Assembly (NCBI GenBank): GCA_024626585.2
Contig: JANKJI020000004.1
Span: forward strand, 60,125,710-60,145,601
Direction: 5' to 3'
From: Ginkgo biloba
Taxonomy: Eukaryota > Plantae > Ginkgophyta
Length of the DNA: 19,892 bases
Shown: piece after piece, positions 18,913 to 19,892 of the stretch
Layout: each line of letters begins with the position of its first letter
Position numbering within the stretch: the stretch's first letter is position 1
Made by a program: the position numbers and the translations under genes
The notes under the pieces: generated by a model
The model's input: the letters and a program-made list of their open reading frames with translations, nothing else
Told to the model about the DNA's origin: nothing
Databases searched by the model: none

Positions 18913-19892
18913 CATGAGGCTTTTCAAAACCTCAAGACAACAATTAAAAATACACCATTACTCACTAATATAGATTTCTTGAAGCCATTCACATTGAAAT
19001 GTCATGCGTTAGGTGCTAGAATTAGAGCAGTGTTGATGCAAGACAATATGAATAGACCAATCACCTATGAAGGTTGAAAATTGGATGATTGGGAATGAAG
19101 GCTATAGCAACAATATCTTCTTGGCAACAGGCTTATTATAAAAAAAAGGATCACAATAGCCTGAAATATCTACTACAATGATATACTAACAGACGAACAA
19201 AGGAAGTGGATCGACAAAACCCAAGCAATTGATTTTGAAGTAGTCTATAAAAGGGAAAATAAAAGGGAAAAGAAATGTGGTCACATATGCCCTATTAAGA
19301 AAATATGAAGACATGCATCCCTCTCAATTATAACAATGATCGAACCAAAGTACAACAAGAGTACACCCACGATTCATCGACTAATAGGGTCATGGAAGAA
19401 ATCACAAGCAACAATAAGAAAACAAAGTGGGACCTTAGTAACAACAATATCTTCTACATAGATCAAGTCATCACAAATCTAGGCTTTAGATTCATAACAA
19501 AGGTATTACAAGAATGCCAGTCAACACCTTCAGCAAGTCAAGTTGGCTTTATAAAAACCTATGAGAAGGTTAAAAAGACATTCTACTAGCCAGGTATGAA
19601 GAAGGGTACATGCTAGCTACAAAAATTAAAGAATGTAGCAACACCAAATATGCTTCAACTCCTTCCTATTCCTAATAAAAAATGGGAAGAAATTTCTATG
19701 GATTTCATAACGAAACTACCTATATCAAAACCAAGGTACACCTAATATTCATGGTTGCCAATCAGCTAACAATGTAAGCACACTTCATTCCAATACAATC
19801 CATATATAAGGTGTCATAAATAGCATCAATATTTATGAAGGAGATTCATAAACACCATGGATTTCCTAGAAGAATAATCTATGACGAGGACA

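Larger units (their letters stand above)
16710..19892 (+). mobile_element. Degenerate Ty3/gypsy chromovirus (Reina-like) gag-protease-RT-RNaseH-integrase, running off the window end
   Basis: Gag knuckle PCYQCDEPWSKDH. RT: LPPDRGMEHIIEI...[33 protein letters not shown]...FSKIDL, HQGHYEF, FAFFDDILIYS. RNase H: DFLKPFTLKCHALGARIRAVLMQ, DHNSLKYLL. Integrase: VGFIKTYEKVKKTFY*PGMKK, LPIPNKKWEEISMDFITKLP, EIHKHHGFPRRIIYD. Many stops and deletions. Confidence 0.92.

Overview
Eukaryotic land-plant nuclear DNA, probably gymnosperm-like (inferred from the retroelement lineages and the PPR type). It is AT-rich and made almost entirely of decayed, interleaved transposon remnants, with many N gaps. Three gaps of exactly 100 N (2795-2894, 8907-9006, 14323-14422) split it into four blocks whose adjacency is uncertain. 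Block 1: a small hAT-type MITE with TIRs and an 8-bp TSD (70-378) and a CRM-like Ty3/gypsy pol fragment (+). Block 2: a Tat/Ogre-type integrase tail (+), then on the minus strand a gag fragment, a non-chromovirus gypsy RT-RNaseH-integrase carrying a 113-nt foldback insert, an extra 3' ORF, a PPT and a 3' LTR. Block 3: the uninterrupted 5' part of a PLS-class PPR gene (-), a ~320-bp tandem repeat with an invariant 17-mer, an isolated pseudo-exon of a sacsin/NO VEIN-like GHKL ATPase gene (+), and a multi-zinc-knuckle gag with PBS-like site and 5' LTR of the same LTR family as block 2. Block 4: a Ty1/copia knuckle-protease fragment (-) and a Reina-like chromovirus gag-pol (+) with three serial tandem duplications. 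I see no intact novel multi-gene system, CRISPR array or RNA gene. The best leads are the foldback insert, the invariant-motif repeat, the orphan GHKL exon and the multi-knuckle/extra-ORF gypsy family. All family assignments come from motif recognition by eye, not database searches.
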